Shown: positions 38,110 through 53,300, counted from the stretch's first letter. The stretch: 64,000 nt of DNA from Eledone cirrhosa (GCA_964016885.1 OZ024743.1:285076001-285140000), one strand, 5' to 3'. Notes: generated from the letters alone by a model not told the origin. A program made the numbers and translations.

Positions 38110-39430
38110 TTTTTTAATTGATAATGACCTTCTCAGGACATGAACACTGCCAGACAGCACTATGTTCTGTATCTTTTGTAGAGATGGCTTTCCAGGTATC
38201 TGGTCCAAATATTTTTCAGTTCCCTTTTTTATCATTCCAAATGAGCCAACTATCATTCGTATTGTACAGTCCTTAAGATGCCACATTTCCTCAATTTCAA
38301 TTGATAGATCTTTATACTTACTGAGCTTTACAAACTCTTTCAAGGAGATGTTACAATCTGATGAAATGCTCATGTCAATTAAGAAACATGTTTTCTCTTT
38401 ATGGTCCCTCACAATTATATCAGATCTGTTGGCTTTAATTGTTCTGTCAGTATTCACAGGGAAATCCCATCAGGTCATCATGTTCTCACCTGCTGTTACT
38501 GCATCTGGGTGATGGTTGTACCATTTTCCCTCCATTTTCAGACCATTAAACCTGCACATTACCCAGTGTAATTACTGCCTCGTTTTATATTCCAGAGGAG
38601 CTAATACTTTGCAGCCCGAAACAAGATGGTCAATGGTCTCAACATGGTCATCACAGAATCAACAGTTTGGGTCAATTCCATTTCTGATCACATTGGCTTG
38701 AAAGTTACACATTGAAAGACACTGGCCTTGTGCAGCCAAAATGAAGCCCTCATTCTCTGCCTTTAGCCCAGAACTCCCTGGCCACGGATGGGTGAGAATT
38801 TGATCTATATCAGGTTCCTTGCTACAGAGTACATATTGCCCATGCAGTGGTCTTTGCTCCTAATTAGTGCCGAGTCTCTATTAACCTTCATGTTTTGCCA
38901 ACACTTTGATATTCTTTCTGGCTTTATTTGCAGAATTTCCATCATTGTCAAACTATATACCCAATTCTTCCACAAACTTCCTTCTTTCTTTTGTGACTGA
39001 CTGTAAACTTTTCTTCCTTTCATGATATGCAACCATTTTCATCATCCAGTCATCTGTGGTTTTAAGGTACTGATTAAGTCCAATGGTTGATATCCTGTAT
39101 GAAAGCTCTAGCTGGATCATACCTTTATCTCCATTTCGTCTAGGGAGATAGAGGCAATCTACATCTGCATTTGGGTTATGTATTCTGTTACAGGTCAAAA
39201 GTTTACTGATTTTGGTGTCCATTCTCTTAATTTTGTTAACATTTGAATTTACGATATTGAAACTGTAGGTGGCAACTAATGGCAGATAATTTATTTTTCA
39301 AGTTAAGCTCAGTTTTCAAGACAGCATGTACTCTCTTCTAGCCATCCTTCCTGATTCTCTCTTTCCTACTGGCGTGGCGAATACCTTGGTCTTCATTGAT
39401 CCCTAAATATTTGTAGGCTTGTTCCTGTTC
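38110..39430 (-). mobile_element. Decayed R4/Dong-type element, family 3
   Basis: DVDCLYLPRRNGDKGMIQL, TDRTIKANRSDIIV..CFLIDMSI, KLSKYKDL, LQKIQNIVLSGSVHVLRRSL. Confidence 0.8.
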
Positions 39431-41799
39431 TTAGTAAAATATAAAAATAAAGCAATTAGATTATTTTTCAGTTTTGTGAAAAAGTGCACCCAATTTCTTT
39501 TTAATAGCCACCCCACTTCAATTCCAGTAAACATGCTTTTACTTTCAAATCCTTGTAGTGACTTGATATTACAATATTTATATTTGTATATCTAAAATAT
39601 GGAAACATTTTCTAAGTCACTGGAATATAAATATTTGGTCAGAATGAAGAAGTATCCACAAAACTTGTATACTAGAAAATATACGGGGACACAGATAAAA
39701 TTGTCTATGTAAGGTAATTAAATATAAGCTAGGCTCGGATTAAAGTATGAAATTAAATAGTCGATGCTGTCCCAGACATTTAGAAATACAAAATCAATGA
39801 AAAAGTTAGTTTGGCATTATGCAAGAATACCAAAATTGCAATATTGGCTGTCCTGGAGCTAAACAACAAGAACCTCTGATAATATAAGGTCAATTAATAT
39901 TGGCCCTATGCTCATTACATTTGTAGCACAGTTTGGGCAGGTTGTGAGGGTGGTGGTGACATAAAATAATATGCTGTATAAACACGTAAGTCCTAATGAA
40001 TCGCAACTATCACAAAACTATTCTTGAACTATTACACTATTGCACTATTGCAGAGGTATCACCAACCACTTTACAGTATGTACTGGGTATGTTTATCATG
40101 TAGATCACCAACACTTGGAGGGGTTGTCATGTCCTTCACATAACTGAAGGGTCCTCTCAACCTTTTGTTTGGCAAGCTTGAGAGAGACAGAAATCATCAT
40201 CATTTAACCTTTATTTTTCCACACTTGTATAATCTAATATAAAGAGAAAAATGAAGAATATATGAAAAAATGGTTTATGTGTATTTTATATATCTAAAAA
40301 TATTTATTTATATCACTTTTACTCTCTATAATTTTATTTTTTGTAACGAAAATGAAACAAAAATGTAAATATTTATTTATTGATTGCAATGAGTTCATTG
40401 AATAAAGATAAGATATTGCTTGACCTATTATAATATAAGGTCAAGCAATATCAGAGGTTCTTGTTGTTTAGCTCCAGGACAGCCCTGATTGAACCGACCA
40501 ATATTCAAAGGCATTCCAGACATGACCATCTCGTCTTTTATTCATACATGAGTGTATCTTTAACTAGATTATCTAAAGTGCCCTTCCTTGTTTCAGATAG
40601 TAAGGTGGGATTTAAAGGAGAACTGGCGATTTTTAACAGATCAAGCGATTATGTTGAGGTTTCTTTGTTGGTGCATTAATTAAAGGTATTTATTAAAGGT
40701 AACTAATCCTACTGAAATTTTTCCCCAAAAGGCTGGTACATATTTTCTATAGCTATATGAATTTAGGTAATGTAGGATAAAATATCTTGTTTAAAATGTC
40801 TTATTTAAACACGTGACCTGTGGGCAGCCAGTTTTTACTACTTAATCTATGGGTCATTTTACCTCTAAATAAATATAGATATGGTCAATTGAGAGAGTTG
40901 ATACTTCTTACTTGCAATGTCATCTTCACATTCTGCAGTTGAAAATAGTTGTTGTTTAATTATTTACTCAGTGAGATGTTAACTACAGTTAAAGGAGGAC
41001 TTGGAAGGGAAATTACAGAGAATATTATCTGGAATGCGATATAAACAAATCTAAAGACCCTAACCTTCAATGATGAAGTGACTCTAATAATTGTTTCTAC
41101 GTTAGGCACAAGGCCTGCAATTACCCAGTGTATTACTGGTACTTTATTTTATCGACTCTAATAATGATATATAATATATAAGTAAAGATATATATATGTG
41201 TGTGTGTGCCATTATCAATGGCAACTACTATTGCTATTCTTATCACCAAAGACTAGAATTTTAGATTTACTTGTACTACAACATTTATTTGTTCTGTCTT
41301 CATTTAACTGTTAAAGCAATGTCAACCAATGTTGATATTTATTACAGATTTACTTTGATTTAAAAAAATCAACAGGTGATGCCTGCGTGGGTGTTTGGAT
41401 ATTACACCATCTTAACCTCACTATTATCTGTGGCAATGCAGCAAAAATTATTAGAGAGAGGCTCTAGTGCCTCTTGTGGTAGGATGTGACTGAGTATGCA
41501 GGTCTTCTCACCACTCTTTTTTTTTTTTTTTTCTTCATTTGGCAATCATCACTTTTTCTCTGGTTTACTATTTAAAGTTTTAAATATATTTTATACTTTT
41601 CATCATAAATTAGTTGCTCCACATTTTACAGGCATTTATATATTAAATAAAATCCACATATTGTGTAATATTTTCTGGAATAAATTTTTACCAATTTTTC
41701 AATAACATCTATTCTAAACGGTATTGTTATACCCTGCATGAGAAAATACAAGATTTCACCTGCAGCCTAACTTCAACTCTGGTCAAAATAACTATACTA

Positions 41800-41999
41800 C
41801 GAGGATAGGCTGAAAAGTTCATAGGCTGATTATGAAGGAGTGATGGTAGAGCTGTGAAATCTTGCAATCATTAATTTCAACTCTTCTTATAAATAACTAC
41901 ATTGTTTTTTTTTCCAGAGACTATTTTGAAAAATAAACCTCATTTGATCATTCCATGAGAGTATCTTGGTCAGATCATGAACTTTTCAGCCAACCCTCA
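41800..41999. mobile_element. ~200-bp mariner-type MITE with TA target duplication
   Basis: TIRs CGAGGATAGGCTGAAAAGTTCAT / ATGAACTTTTCAGCCAACCCTCA; three copies in the window. Confidence 0.8.
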
Positions 42000-43562
42000 T
42001 ATGTCTGGATAACTCATATTATTAGGGACTAAAATATGTTTAAATCTAATGGCAGAAATGTAAACAACATGATTAATTATTTTCATTAAAATATTAACCA
42101 AAAACTGCAAAAGAAAAAATTGTTATACATTTGAATAATTGTAAAATATTTACCTGCAAATCAACCAGTTCTCATTCCTTTCAAAATATGTAGGAAGGTA
42201 AATATCTTTAGGATGTATGGTTAATAATCAGAAGAATAGCCAAATTATAATAGTGCATATATGAACTGCATAATTTCAACTTTAAACTATGCAGTAAACC
42301 TACGCAATATCAGAATAAGACAAATGTATTCTTGCACAATTTCTAATTAATTCTGCTGAAATAAAGATATTAAGAATTAGGAGAAAAATCATATAACAAC
42401 AATCAATAACAAAATTTGATGGAAGTAAAGTGATAGTGTTATTCAAATACTAAAATATTGTCAAAAAAATTCATGATTTAAAAACTAATTACACCTATCT
42501 GGTATTGGGTCTTAGCCAGAAGAGATTACTCTCTTAATTAAAAATTAGATGCAACTAGTATTTCATTGTTGAATTTTAGTCTTTGGAAGAGCTCTCAACA
42601 ATCTAAATGTAAATTTGTATTGAAGATACTTGTTATCAGGGGATGAAGGATAGATTAAAAAGATTAAATTGCTATGTTTTATTATTATGACTTTTCCATC
42701 TTTTACTTTTTTTCTCAGAGTTAAAGATTAATGTAATGACATCTTCTAAATGACTAAAATATGGCTATTACTAATTGTTTTAGCAAAACATCTACAAAAC
42801 TCTTTTCAGGGCATTAGCGTCAGACACCACACTTTGCAGCATAAAGTAATGTCCCTTTACGTTCTGAGTTCAAATTCCACTGAGGTTAGCTTTGCCTTTC
42901 ATCCTTATAAAGCACCGGTAATGCACTGGGGTTGATTTAATAGACTTTCCCCTCTCCTCAAATTGCTGGCCTTGTGCCTATAATAGAAATCATATTATAT
43001 TGATTTCTGGCAAAATGGGGAGGTGGAGTATAGTGGTATAAATTAATTTATGTATTTGAATGATACTTATTTTATCAACTCCTGAGTGATGAAAGTCAAA
43101 CCTGGGGAGTATTCAAGCACAGAATATAATGTAAGTAAATAACACAAAATATTTAATCTGACACTCTACTGATTCTGCTACTCCACCTCCCTTGAGGCAT
43201 CATATCATATTTCAACAACAAATATTGTAATACAAACTTCTTTTATTATAATTCATCATCATCATCATCATCATCATTTTACGTCTGCTTTTCCCTGCTT
43301 GCAAGGGTAAATGTTATTATGTCCTATAAGAACTTTAACTAAACTGATGTACACAACTATCACATAGGACACAAGTCACATTCTCTGTACTCTTTGATAT
43401 TCAGTATTGATTACATCAAGCTTCAAAGGTTCAGAAAAGGTAGTAACTTTCAGTAGGTGATGCACTACACATACAGCCTCTCTCTGTTCAGTGGTCCTCC
43501 CTTATCGGGAAAAAGACATGTTATGATCAAAGCTTAATCCTCTTAGTACCAAGATCATCTCA

Positions 43563-43752
43563 CGAGAGTCAGCTGAAAAGTTCATAGGGTGACCAAGAAT
43601 GGAATGACCAAATGAAGTTTATTTTCAATGTAGTCCCTAGAAAGAAACAATGCATTTATTAATAAGAAGAGTTGAAATTAATGCATGCAAGATTTCACAA
43701 TAATAACATCACTCCTTCAAAGTCTGCCTATGAATTTTTCAGCTAACCCTTA
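43563..43752. mobile_element. Mariner-type MITE, inverted copy
   Basis: Reverse complement of 41800-41999. Confidence 0.75.
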
Positions 43753-44751
43753 TAGTTTAAAACCTCCATGAAGGCAGCCTGTTATGCAAATCTGGGTGAA
43801 CCTTGGGAGATGATCGTTGATAATAATCATAAATGATTTAAGTCTTTAATAGCAGTTCTCCAGTTACTAGCAGATGAAGGCAGGACCTGGTGCACTATGA
43901 GAACTGTGTCAGGTAGATTCCAGTAGTATCCAGCAGCTCACTGCAACTGAATACATCTCTCACTGCCTTAATGCTGTGAGACCAAGATGTTGGAATCAAA
44001 GATGGTTTGAATCTAATCACTGCAATTGATCATCACCTGAAACAACTCATCAATCACATCAATCACTGTCCTTTGAAATGGATTTAACTATTTTCCCTTT
44101 AATTTCCATGATATTACTGTTCAAAGTATCTGTCATTTAATTTTAAACAGTTGTAATTATTTATACATAGCAATAATCTTCTAGCAAGCCAAATCTGTAG
44201 TGCAGGTTTCATTCCTGATAGAGTGATTTGTGTTCACATACTTTCACATCTGTGATTTTTGTCTATATTCAGTCATCTGAAGAGAGATGGTAAGACTGCT
44301 GACTACAATATTTTTCACATACTGCATATAAAATATTTTCATTTCAATGGTTTAAAAATATCAATTTCTTCTGATTAGACACAAAGCTGTATATATCATC
44401 ATTATCATCATTATCATTCAACATATATATATAGTTAATAAATGAAACAAAACCAAACACAGGAGGCAAAGCTACACAATTGTATTAGGTTCATGCTTAT
44501 ATATATATATATCATCATCATCAGCATCATCATCATCATTTAACATGTTTTTTCCATGCTTGCATGGTTTAGACAGGCTGTCACGTTATGAAGCTAGACA
44601 GGTAAGTTGACTCATGTAGACCATTTTGACCTAGTTTTCTGCAGCAGGATGCCCTTCCTAATGTCATCTACCTTATAGGGTGACTGGGTACTTTTTGTCA
44701 TTGCACCAGTATGGCCACATACACATACATTCACACACACACATACACATA

Positions 44752-44815
<64 letters not shown>

Positions 44816-45157
44816 TATGTATATTGACATAGACATATATATACATGCATATATATACATTTATGTATACATACATACATACACACACATGTATATATCA
44901 TCATCATCATCGTTTAACGTCCATTTTCCACGCTAGCATGGATTATATATATGTATGTATATATATATGATATATATATATATATCATCACCGTTTGACA
45001 TCCATTTCTCCGCTAGAGTATACATATAGGTATATAAGAAATGTCTGCTGTACAAAGACCACAAATCAGAGTAGTACTCAATGCATTGAGTTTCAGCTTA
45101 GGATAACAAGCTGAAACTGCGGGCCTTGCAGTTGGACCTTTATATAAATGTATGTAT

Positions 45158-45192
<35 letters not shown>

Positions 45193-45310
45193 CGAGCAAG
45201 TCAACCAATCTTGCCTCAAGTGGGAAAATTCCTGTCCAAACCCATGCAAGCGTGGAAGATGGACGTTAAACAATGATGATGATGATGATATATATATATA
45301 TATATATATA

Positions 45311-45762
45311 GGGGAAAAAAGGATGAAATCGAAAATGCAACTGGAGTCTTTTTTTTTTAAATATATATTTACCAGTTTCCCAGTTCTTGTGCTTTTCAAA
45401 AGTAGAATTGGGATGGAGGGTTTGTGGTTTTTCTCGAGAACCAAATAAATATATATGTTTTTTAAAAAGACTCCAGTTGCATTTTCGATTTCATCCTTTT
45501 TTTCCTTATACTTTCACTTGTGTAGGACATCTCGTTTTTTTTCATTTTGTAAAAATAACCTCACTTTCTAATATATATATATATATATATGAGCTCTGCC
45601 GTCGGGGGTCATACCTTTTCCTATTACCCACTCTACTACCGTAAGTATTGAGTACTCTGGTGCGTTATGGTCCATCTGGTTCCTTACCACAATTCCTTTG
45701 TCATATATATATATATTAGAAAGTGAAATTTTTTTTACAAAATGAAAAAAAACGAGATGTAT
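45311..45762. repeat. Two adjacent inverted-repeat pairs within a (TA)n/(CAT)n mosaic
   Basis: 45311-45370 pairs with 45447-45510; 45527-45575 pairs with 45712-45762. Confidence 0.8.
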
Positions 45763-46451
45763 ATATATATATATATATATATAGGTAAATGAGATATCAT
45801 TTTGGTTTCTCTAGTTCAGGTCTGCTTTGATGGAGATCACCACTCTGTTTTGAAAATTTGCCAGTAACGTTGTAAGATATATTCCTCTGTATTTGAATTT
45901 AATTTTTCACAATTGATAATTGAGAATAGCAATTTCAAGACAGGAAAAAAACACATAGCAGTCAATGAAATGTATGTAAATGCTAGAAATAAATCCTAAA
46001 TTCTACTGTATCACTTATCTGTATTAATCTCTTTATATATATATATTCGTAGATTTGATAAAAAGGGAAACTTAAGTTGCTCATGCCTTTTCTTAGGACC
46101 ATTAACAGAGTTACTGAAATAAAATGAAATAAAATAGATAAGTTTGCATACTGTGGAGCGATGAAGATACTGACATTTCAAATAAAGTCCTTCTTCAAAA
46201 AATGAATTTAAAAAAAAACCTTTATGGAGTGCTTACATCTTCATTGCAATATTGGAATCTTCCTTCAAATTTTTTTATCTCGTTTAACAACTGCGTTTAT
46301 TTTCAATTGGTTTTCTGGTTTTTTTTTTTGTTTGTTTGTTCTTTGTGTTTGTTTATTTTTTTGTGTGTGAATTAATTTTCAATCAAACTGTCAAAATTTG
46401 ACTTAAATAACTTTAATAATCACGAATATTATTATTATTATTATTATTATT

Positions 46452-47715
46452 GTTGTTATTCCTTGAATCTCAGTCATTGATGTTGGTTAACTGGAAAGTC
46501 CGTTGGAATGAATATCAAGCCACTACCTGCAGCCTCAGATATTCAGGACGTATCGGAGGGTTCTTGCTGTTCCAAGCAAGCATGCCTTTTGAAGCGTTCC
46601 AAAAAGCGTGAAGGGGCCGATTTTCTTTAACCATCCCTGGAAACTTTTGGAGATAGTCCCCAGTGCGCCTATGACAATCGGGATCACTTTGACTTCATGG
46701 CAGTTCCAAATCCTTTTCACCTCCCACTTTAGGTCCTGGTATCGGTTAATTTTCTCCCTCTCCTTCTCTTGCACTCTCGTGTCGAAAGGGCAGGCCACAT
46801 CCACAATCAGACACAATCTTTTTTCTTTGTCCACAACCACCAGGTCAGGTCTATTGTGTTCCAGTTTTTTGTCCGTCTGTATCCTAAAATCCCACAGCAC
46901 CTTCACCTGATTGTTCTCCATCACCGCCTCTGGCCTATGCTCATACCATTTCTCAGAATGTGGTAAATTGTTTACTTTGCACAGGTGCCAGTGGATCACC
47001 CTGCCCATCACATCGTGTCTCCAGCCCTTATAGTGGGTCTGGGCTAGGTGTTTACACTCGGACACAATGTGAGCCACAGTCTCCTCTCTCTCTCTCTCCA
47101 CAGATCCTGCATAGTGGGCTAGCCTCCTCCTTGTAAATATGGTGCTTCAACCACTTCGTTTTGAGGGCCTGCTCCTGCGCAGCCATTAGCATTCCTTCTG
47201 TAGCCTTTTTGAGGTCTCCTCTTCTCAACCAGTTCCATGTCTGCGGATCTCTAAATTCAGTTTTCTCAAAGAAGGTACTATGAAGGGATTTTCCCTTAAG
47301 GCTGCTCTTCCTCCTTGATGTTATTTCCTCCTTGGACATCCCCTGGCCTACTGTCCCCTCCTTCAGTACAGTTCTGAGCATTGGCTCCTTACTATAGGTC
47401 ACGTATTTGTATAGGTTGTTTTTCTCCATCTGAACACAGTCCTCTATGCTGATAAGACCTCTTCCACCCTCAGATCTCCTTAGGTAGAGTCTATCGACAT
47501 CACTCCTCTTGTGGAACATGTTGTAGATAGTCAATAGCTTCCTAGTCTTCCTATCCATTTCTTTTTGTTCAGCAACATTCCATCTCAGAATTCCCGCACT
47601 GTACCTAATAATAGACACAGCTCGGGAATTTACTGCGCTTATGGCATTTCTGCTGTTCAGATGTGACTTCAATACGCTCCTTACTCTCCGAATGTATTCA
47701 GTTCTTAACAATTCC

Positions 47716-47717
<2 letters not shown>
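46452..47717 (-). mobile_element. 5'-truncated Dong family-1 copy C in (TTA)n
   Basis: RHD and HNRPDLVVVDKEKRLCLIVDVACP (RLE); (TTA)n at 46427-46451 and 47718-47775. Confidence 0.92.
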
Positions 47718-47775
<58 letters not shown>

Positions 47776-47776
<1 letters not shown>

Positions 47777-48036
47777 TCTGAGTATGTGTCTGTAAATTAA
47801 AGGTGGAAAACTGGGAGAGGGTACTTGCCCTGGTGGTCAGGGTCACTGTGGTCTTTTAATGGGCTTTCTCCACAAATGTCCCTCGGAAGTCTCCCCGCTA
47901 TTGGGGAATTTTTCTTTGTTATTTTATTACATCCTCTGTTTTTTACACGCAGAAATGCCCATTTGTACCGTCCTGTATTGTCCTGTACTGTCCTTAATGT
48001 CTACTTTATGTAAACCCTTGTGGTTAATAAAGAAAA

Positions 48037-48037
<1 letters not shown>
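47776..48037 (+). mobile_element. 262-bp Tx1 3'-end insertion in (TTA)n
   Basis: Matches the Tx1 3' UTR; (TTA)n on both sides. Confidence 0.92.
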
Positions 48038-48082
<45 letters not shown>

Positions 48083-48292
48083 GGCGACCAACGTAGTAAA
48101 TCGTATCATCGTGAGCTCTGCAAAGGTTTGTTATTTCCGTTTGTTAAAAATTGCCATTTATGGAAAATTTTTATTGTTAACTATATATAAGCGCACATAC
48201 ATTGTTTTCCGAAAAGGACACCCAAAAAGATTGGGGCCTTGTGCCCAAAATTTAAACTTTTATGATTATCAAAAAATTTCTTTGAAAAAAAA

Positions 48293-50270
48293 ATGGCTAA
48301 TTCACCACTGCACCAAGCAGCTGAAAGCCTTTCTCACAAATTAACACCTCACACCGACACCACCATTGTAAATGATACTACGTCTGCCAACACACACAAT
48401 TTAAGCACTAGCAATATTTTATATTTGTCTCAGGCAGACATTCATTTCCCGCCATTACCAATGACTGCAGGTGTTAAAGCCGCCACCACCACCACCACCG
48501 CGACAACCACCACCCCCACCACCACCGCGACAACAGAAACAAAAGGAAAAAATAAATCAACTCGTGATGTCGAAATATTTTCAACCAAAATGGACTCTCC
48601 CAAACCGAACTTCACTGACGTCACCACCACCACAACTGAAACTAAAATTAATAATAACAAAAATAACGATAGCAACAACAACAACAATGACATTAAAAAA
48701 ACCACCCTGAGTTTTGCCAGAGTAGCAAAACAGTGCGAAGCATATACGGTAACTCAGGAGGAATTAGAAAATGCCAAACAAATGGTAAAGAAAGATGGGT
48801 ACAGGGTCAGCCTCACCCCCACCCCACCCCCCACCTAATAAAATGGAGCATCGGCGCCTATCCACCGTGTCGTATCGAACAATAAATGTAAAATCGCGCT
48901 GAGTGGAACGGGCATCCGAGTCCCAAATCCAAAAAGCTTTGGGACATGTGTGGGCAAGAAAAACCCACATCAGACGTGGGCAGAAGTATGGAACCGTGGA
49001 CGTGTTCTTTGAAACACCAGAGGAGGCTAGAGAACACTCCATGGCCCCATTAAGAAGTGACGACTTCACACTCGTCCCAAGCTATTGTGGCCAGAGACTC
49101 GTAAAGATCAGGGTGACCCACGTTCCACCGGCCATCGAAATTCCCTGGCTAATAGCGGCCGTCCTCGCCGGCATCGAAGCCAACACAAAGATAATAGCAA
49201 TAGCAAAAGAAAAGCAGGAGAACTGGTCCGGATCTGGGATGGAGCTCCTGATCCAAGCGGACCAAAAAAGCATTGAGGAGATCCCAGAGGTAATAGACCT
49301 CACTGACGGCAGCCAGCTCACCGTAATTGTCTAGGGCAGAAGGCCTAGGTGTGTCGTTTGTGGTGAAGGAACCCACCTAAGGGCTTTCTGCTCTCAGGCT
49401 AAAAGGTTGAGGCCACCTCTCTTACCCACCCCAGTGATACAACCATCAACACCACCAGTAGCAGAGATGGCAGCAACAACTGTAGCAGCAACAACAGAAG
49501 CAACTATAACAGCAACAACCCCAGCAACAGTAGCAAAACCAACACCACCACCACCAGCAAAACCAACACCACCACCACCCAACGCTTCAGAACTAGCACC
49601 AGCGCCTACACCATCCACCACGCCACAACCAAAACTAACGCCTGTGGAGGATTTTCCACTCCCCGGCCTATCACAACTGGAGACAGATTGTGACGACGAG
49701 GAGTGGGAAACGGTATCAGGAAAAAAAAAAGAAACCAAAAAAGAAAAAATTCTCTTCCTTCCCCCTCCAAAAACAAAATACAGAGGGAAACAAATGAATT
49801 AACAAACAAAAAAGTTAGGACAGATATGCCACCATCCACACCAGCATCACCAACCGCATCAACCCAAACACCAACACCATCACCATCATTAACCCCAACA
49901 CCACCATCACCTACACCACAAAAGTCACCAAAATGCGAAACAGAAACAAACCCACAACAAACGCAAACAAAACAAAACAACCAAAACGATACACACTACA
50001 CAGCATTAAATTTGAATAACAAGCAATTATTACACCAACATCACAGAAAAAGACTACACAACAACCCAAAAATTCACACCACCTCCACACATACAAATCA
50101 CTCGCATCACACAGAAAACGTACACGACACTAAAACAAAAATTCCCCAAAGACATCGGAGACTTCCGACAAGCACTCTCCAGGAGGATTTATAAGGACAT
50201 CCTTCCTGAGGAGGCCACAAGCAGTGAAAAGGATGGAAAAACCGTCCTTCCTCTACGAGAAGTAAGGTAA
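48293..50270 (+). pseudogene. Tx1 copy B ORF1, frameshifted and with stops
   Basis: Collinear with 2415-4389; CVVCGEGTHLRAFC knuckle. Confidence 0.85.
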
Positions 50271-50304
50271 GTGGTCTTTCCCATCTTTTCCACTCCTTTT
50301 CAAC

Positions 50305-53300
50305 ATGACCTCACTCAGAATAGGCAGCATAAATGCGCGTGGCTTGGGGTCGTCATGGAAGCAGGGCCACCTGCTCAACGACCTCAGGTCACTAAACATA
50401 GATGTAGTGGCCATCAGCGAGACCAGAATCTCCGAAGCACGGGCCTTCGCACCGATCTTCGGCGGCTACGATGTGTACGCATCTCCCAGCCGTCCGGGAT
50501 CGGGGGGGGAGGAGTTGCTGTGCTTTTTCGGAGAGGTTTGGATATTGCCATACAGGCCATCTTCCTGGACCCAGAAGGTAAGTTGGTGGTGCTGGACGTG
50601 ACCAGCGGAGACGGGCAAGCTTTCAGGTTAGTGGCCGTCTATGCCCCGACAGGAGCAGGGCGGCCTGATTTCTTCCGGCGTCTGGAGACCTTTCTTGGAA
50701 CGTCCCGCTCTTTAGTGTTAGTGGGCGACTGGAACGGGATCTTAGATGCACGCTGGGATTGTGTGGGATTAGTGGATAGTGAAGGAGGGTGCAAGAGTCT
50801 CACCAACCTGCTCAGGCGTTTTGAACTGTCTGACCGGTACCGAATGGATTTCCCCGAATGTACCAATGTGGACTTGGACAAATCGCATAGGGTCATCCAG
50901 ATCATATCTAGATAGAGTATTTTGTAGGGAAATAGATAGGTCTAGCATAGGCTGTCCACAATTCAAGATAGTCAGCTACACGGACCACAAATTCGTGATC
51001 TGTGTGCTTGACTTAGATAGGCTTCATAGACGAGGACCCGGCTACTGGAAGCTAAACGCGTCCTTACCAGCGCGCAAGGCCTACAGAGACCGGATTAGCG
51101 AACTAGTTAAGCGGGCGTTGACGGGGGCGATCGTCAACAACAAAGTGGTGGTTTGCTCTGAAAAGAGTAATTAGAATAGAGTAAGGCTTTAGCAATAGAG
51201 AAAAATAGAGCAGAGGGAGAATTAGTTAGAAAATTAGACGAGGCGCTTAGCAAAGGCATCGCGACCGACGTACTTGCGGCGAAATTGGCCCTTGACCAAT
51301 TCTTCAATGCAAAGCACGAAGGCTGCATTATCAGAGCTAGAGTGCGTGCTCTCAGACACGAGGGGACGAAAGCCGTTCAATAGGCCCGAGTGGCAGAGGC
51401 GCGTCGTGGCAACAAAGCCACGATCCGGTCTTTGGTGGACCACGACGGGCGCATGCTACTCGATCCCGGGCAAATGTGTGAAGCTTTTCAGCGACACTTC
51501 GCTCAACTGTTCGGCGGCAGTGGCGGGCCGGATCGAGGGATGGACTTTAGTGTCTACCTCGACGGACTGCCGCGGCTTTCGGCCACTGAGGCGGAGTGTT
51601 GCGAAAAGCCGATAACAACCGCTGAAGTACGGGATGCAATGACTAGTTGCACAAGGGGTAAATCGCCTGGTTTGGATGGTCTGCCCTATGAACTTTACGT
51701 ACAAATGCCAAACTTGTTCGGAGGCCTCTTGGCGGACGTCTACTGCAACTGGCAACAGAACGGGAGAATTCCCAGCTCTGTGAGCCGAGGAGCGGTGGCG
51801 CTGCTGAGAAAGGATCCGAACAAGGGGGATAACATAGATAATTTTAGGCCCATAACTCTGCTAAACACAGAGTTCAAGATTTTGGCCAAGGTGCTAGCAA
51901 AGAGGTTGGCGCTTGTCGTTGGTGGTCTGGTGGGAGAGGCACAGACATGCGCCATTCCCGACAGATCCATCCACGACAACCTCCACCTCATGCGATACAT
52001 CGTAGAGAGGGTAGCTAGGGAACCTGGCACGGGTGGGTCTTTGATCAATTTAGATCAGTCGAAAGCCTTCGATAGGGTCGACCATCGTTACCTAACGGCA
52101 GTCCTGAGGGCGGCTGGCTTTGGGCCCGTCTTCAGAGGCTGGATCGCTGCCATGCACAGTGACATCTGCTCTGTAGTGAGAGTGAACGGTCACCTTTCGG
52201 AACCGTTCAACATCATGCGCTCGGTCCGCCAAGGATGTCCCCTCTCGTCCCTATTGTACGTATTGACTCTCGAGCCATTACTGCACAAACTGGAGACGTT
52301 GAGGGGGGTCCCGCGCGAACTAGGAAGCGGAAGTTCCGTGTCAGCATATGCCGACGATGTCACCGTAGTGGTGTCGAACGCCAAACACATCGAGGCGATC
52401 GGCACTACACTAAGAGAATACGAAGCGGTGACAGGAGCAATGATCAACCAGGAAAAGTCAGTGGGCCTGCAGCTCGGCACCTGGAGAGGCAGGTCCATGC
52501 CGTCCAACAGCGTCGTCGGGCGCTGGACGGACGGACCGGTTAAATTGCTAGGGGTCTGGTTCGGTCCAGACCTCCAGACGGACAAAAACTGGGACGAGGT
52601 GACGAGCAGGGTGGCTTCTCTCACCCAGAAATGGGCCGAGAGGAAGCTATCCCTGAAAGGTCGAGCGGAGGTGGCGAATGCGTACATCGCATCCGTCATC
52701 TACTACCGCCTGACCGTCGTACCTTGTCCTAAGCCCCGCCTGACTGCGCTGGAGCGTTTGCTCTTTCGCTTCTTGTGGAAGGGACGCACTCCGATGGTCA
52801 GGCGGTCCATCTGCTGTCAACACCCGCTACGTGGAAGGCTGGGCATGCCGTGGCTGATGATGCGCAGACACGCGCTCAGGCTACGACATCTCCACCTCTT
52901 CCTCGACGGTTATCAGGTGTGGTCGCCGTTTGCAAGACACGTTTTTCCCCAGCTCGTCTCCTTGACAGAGCTGCAGTCCTGGGTCAAGCGAAGACCGAGA
53001 GGGAGCGCTTGGAGACTGGAATGTCTTCAGGCGCTCACAGCCCTCGACCAATCGGGCAATGTGATCGGTGGAAACTCCACCTTGGCGTTCTATAGGGGAT
53101 TAGTGGAGGGGAAGAGCGACGACGTACTTGGAGAAACTCTAGGCGTCGACGAAAATCAACTAGCCAATCTCTTCGGAAGGACTTTCGGGCCGGGGCCTAT
53201 GGACAACTTCCAGAAATCCCTGGCCTGGCAGTGCTACCGAGGAGCTTTGCCAGTTCGGGATAAACTCTACAGGCATGGAGGTGCCGTCAGCCGGGCTTGT

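Noticed and set aside
47052-47846. 264-aa ORF with poly-Ile fused to RT sequence
   Set aside because: Chance read-through from the antisense Tx1 3' end across (ATA)n into the truncated Dong ORF.
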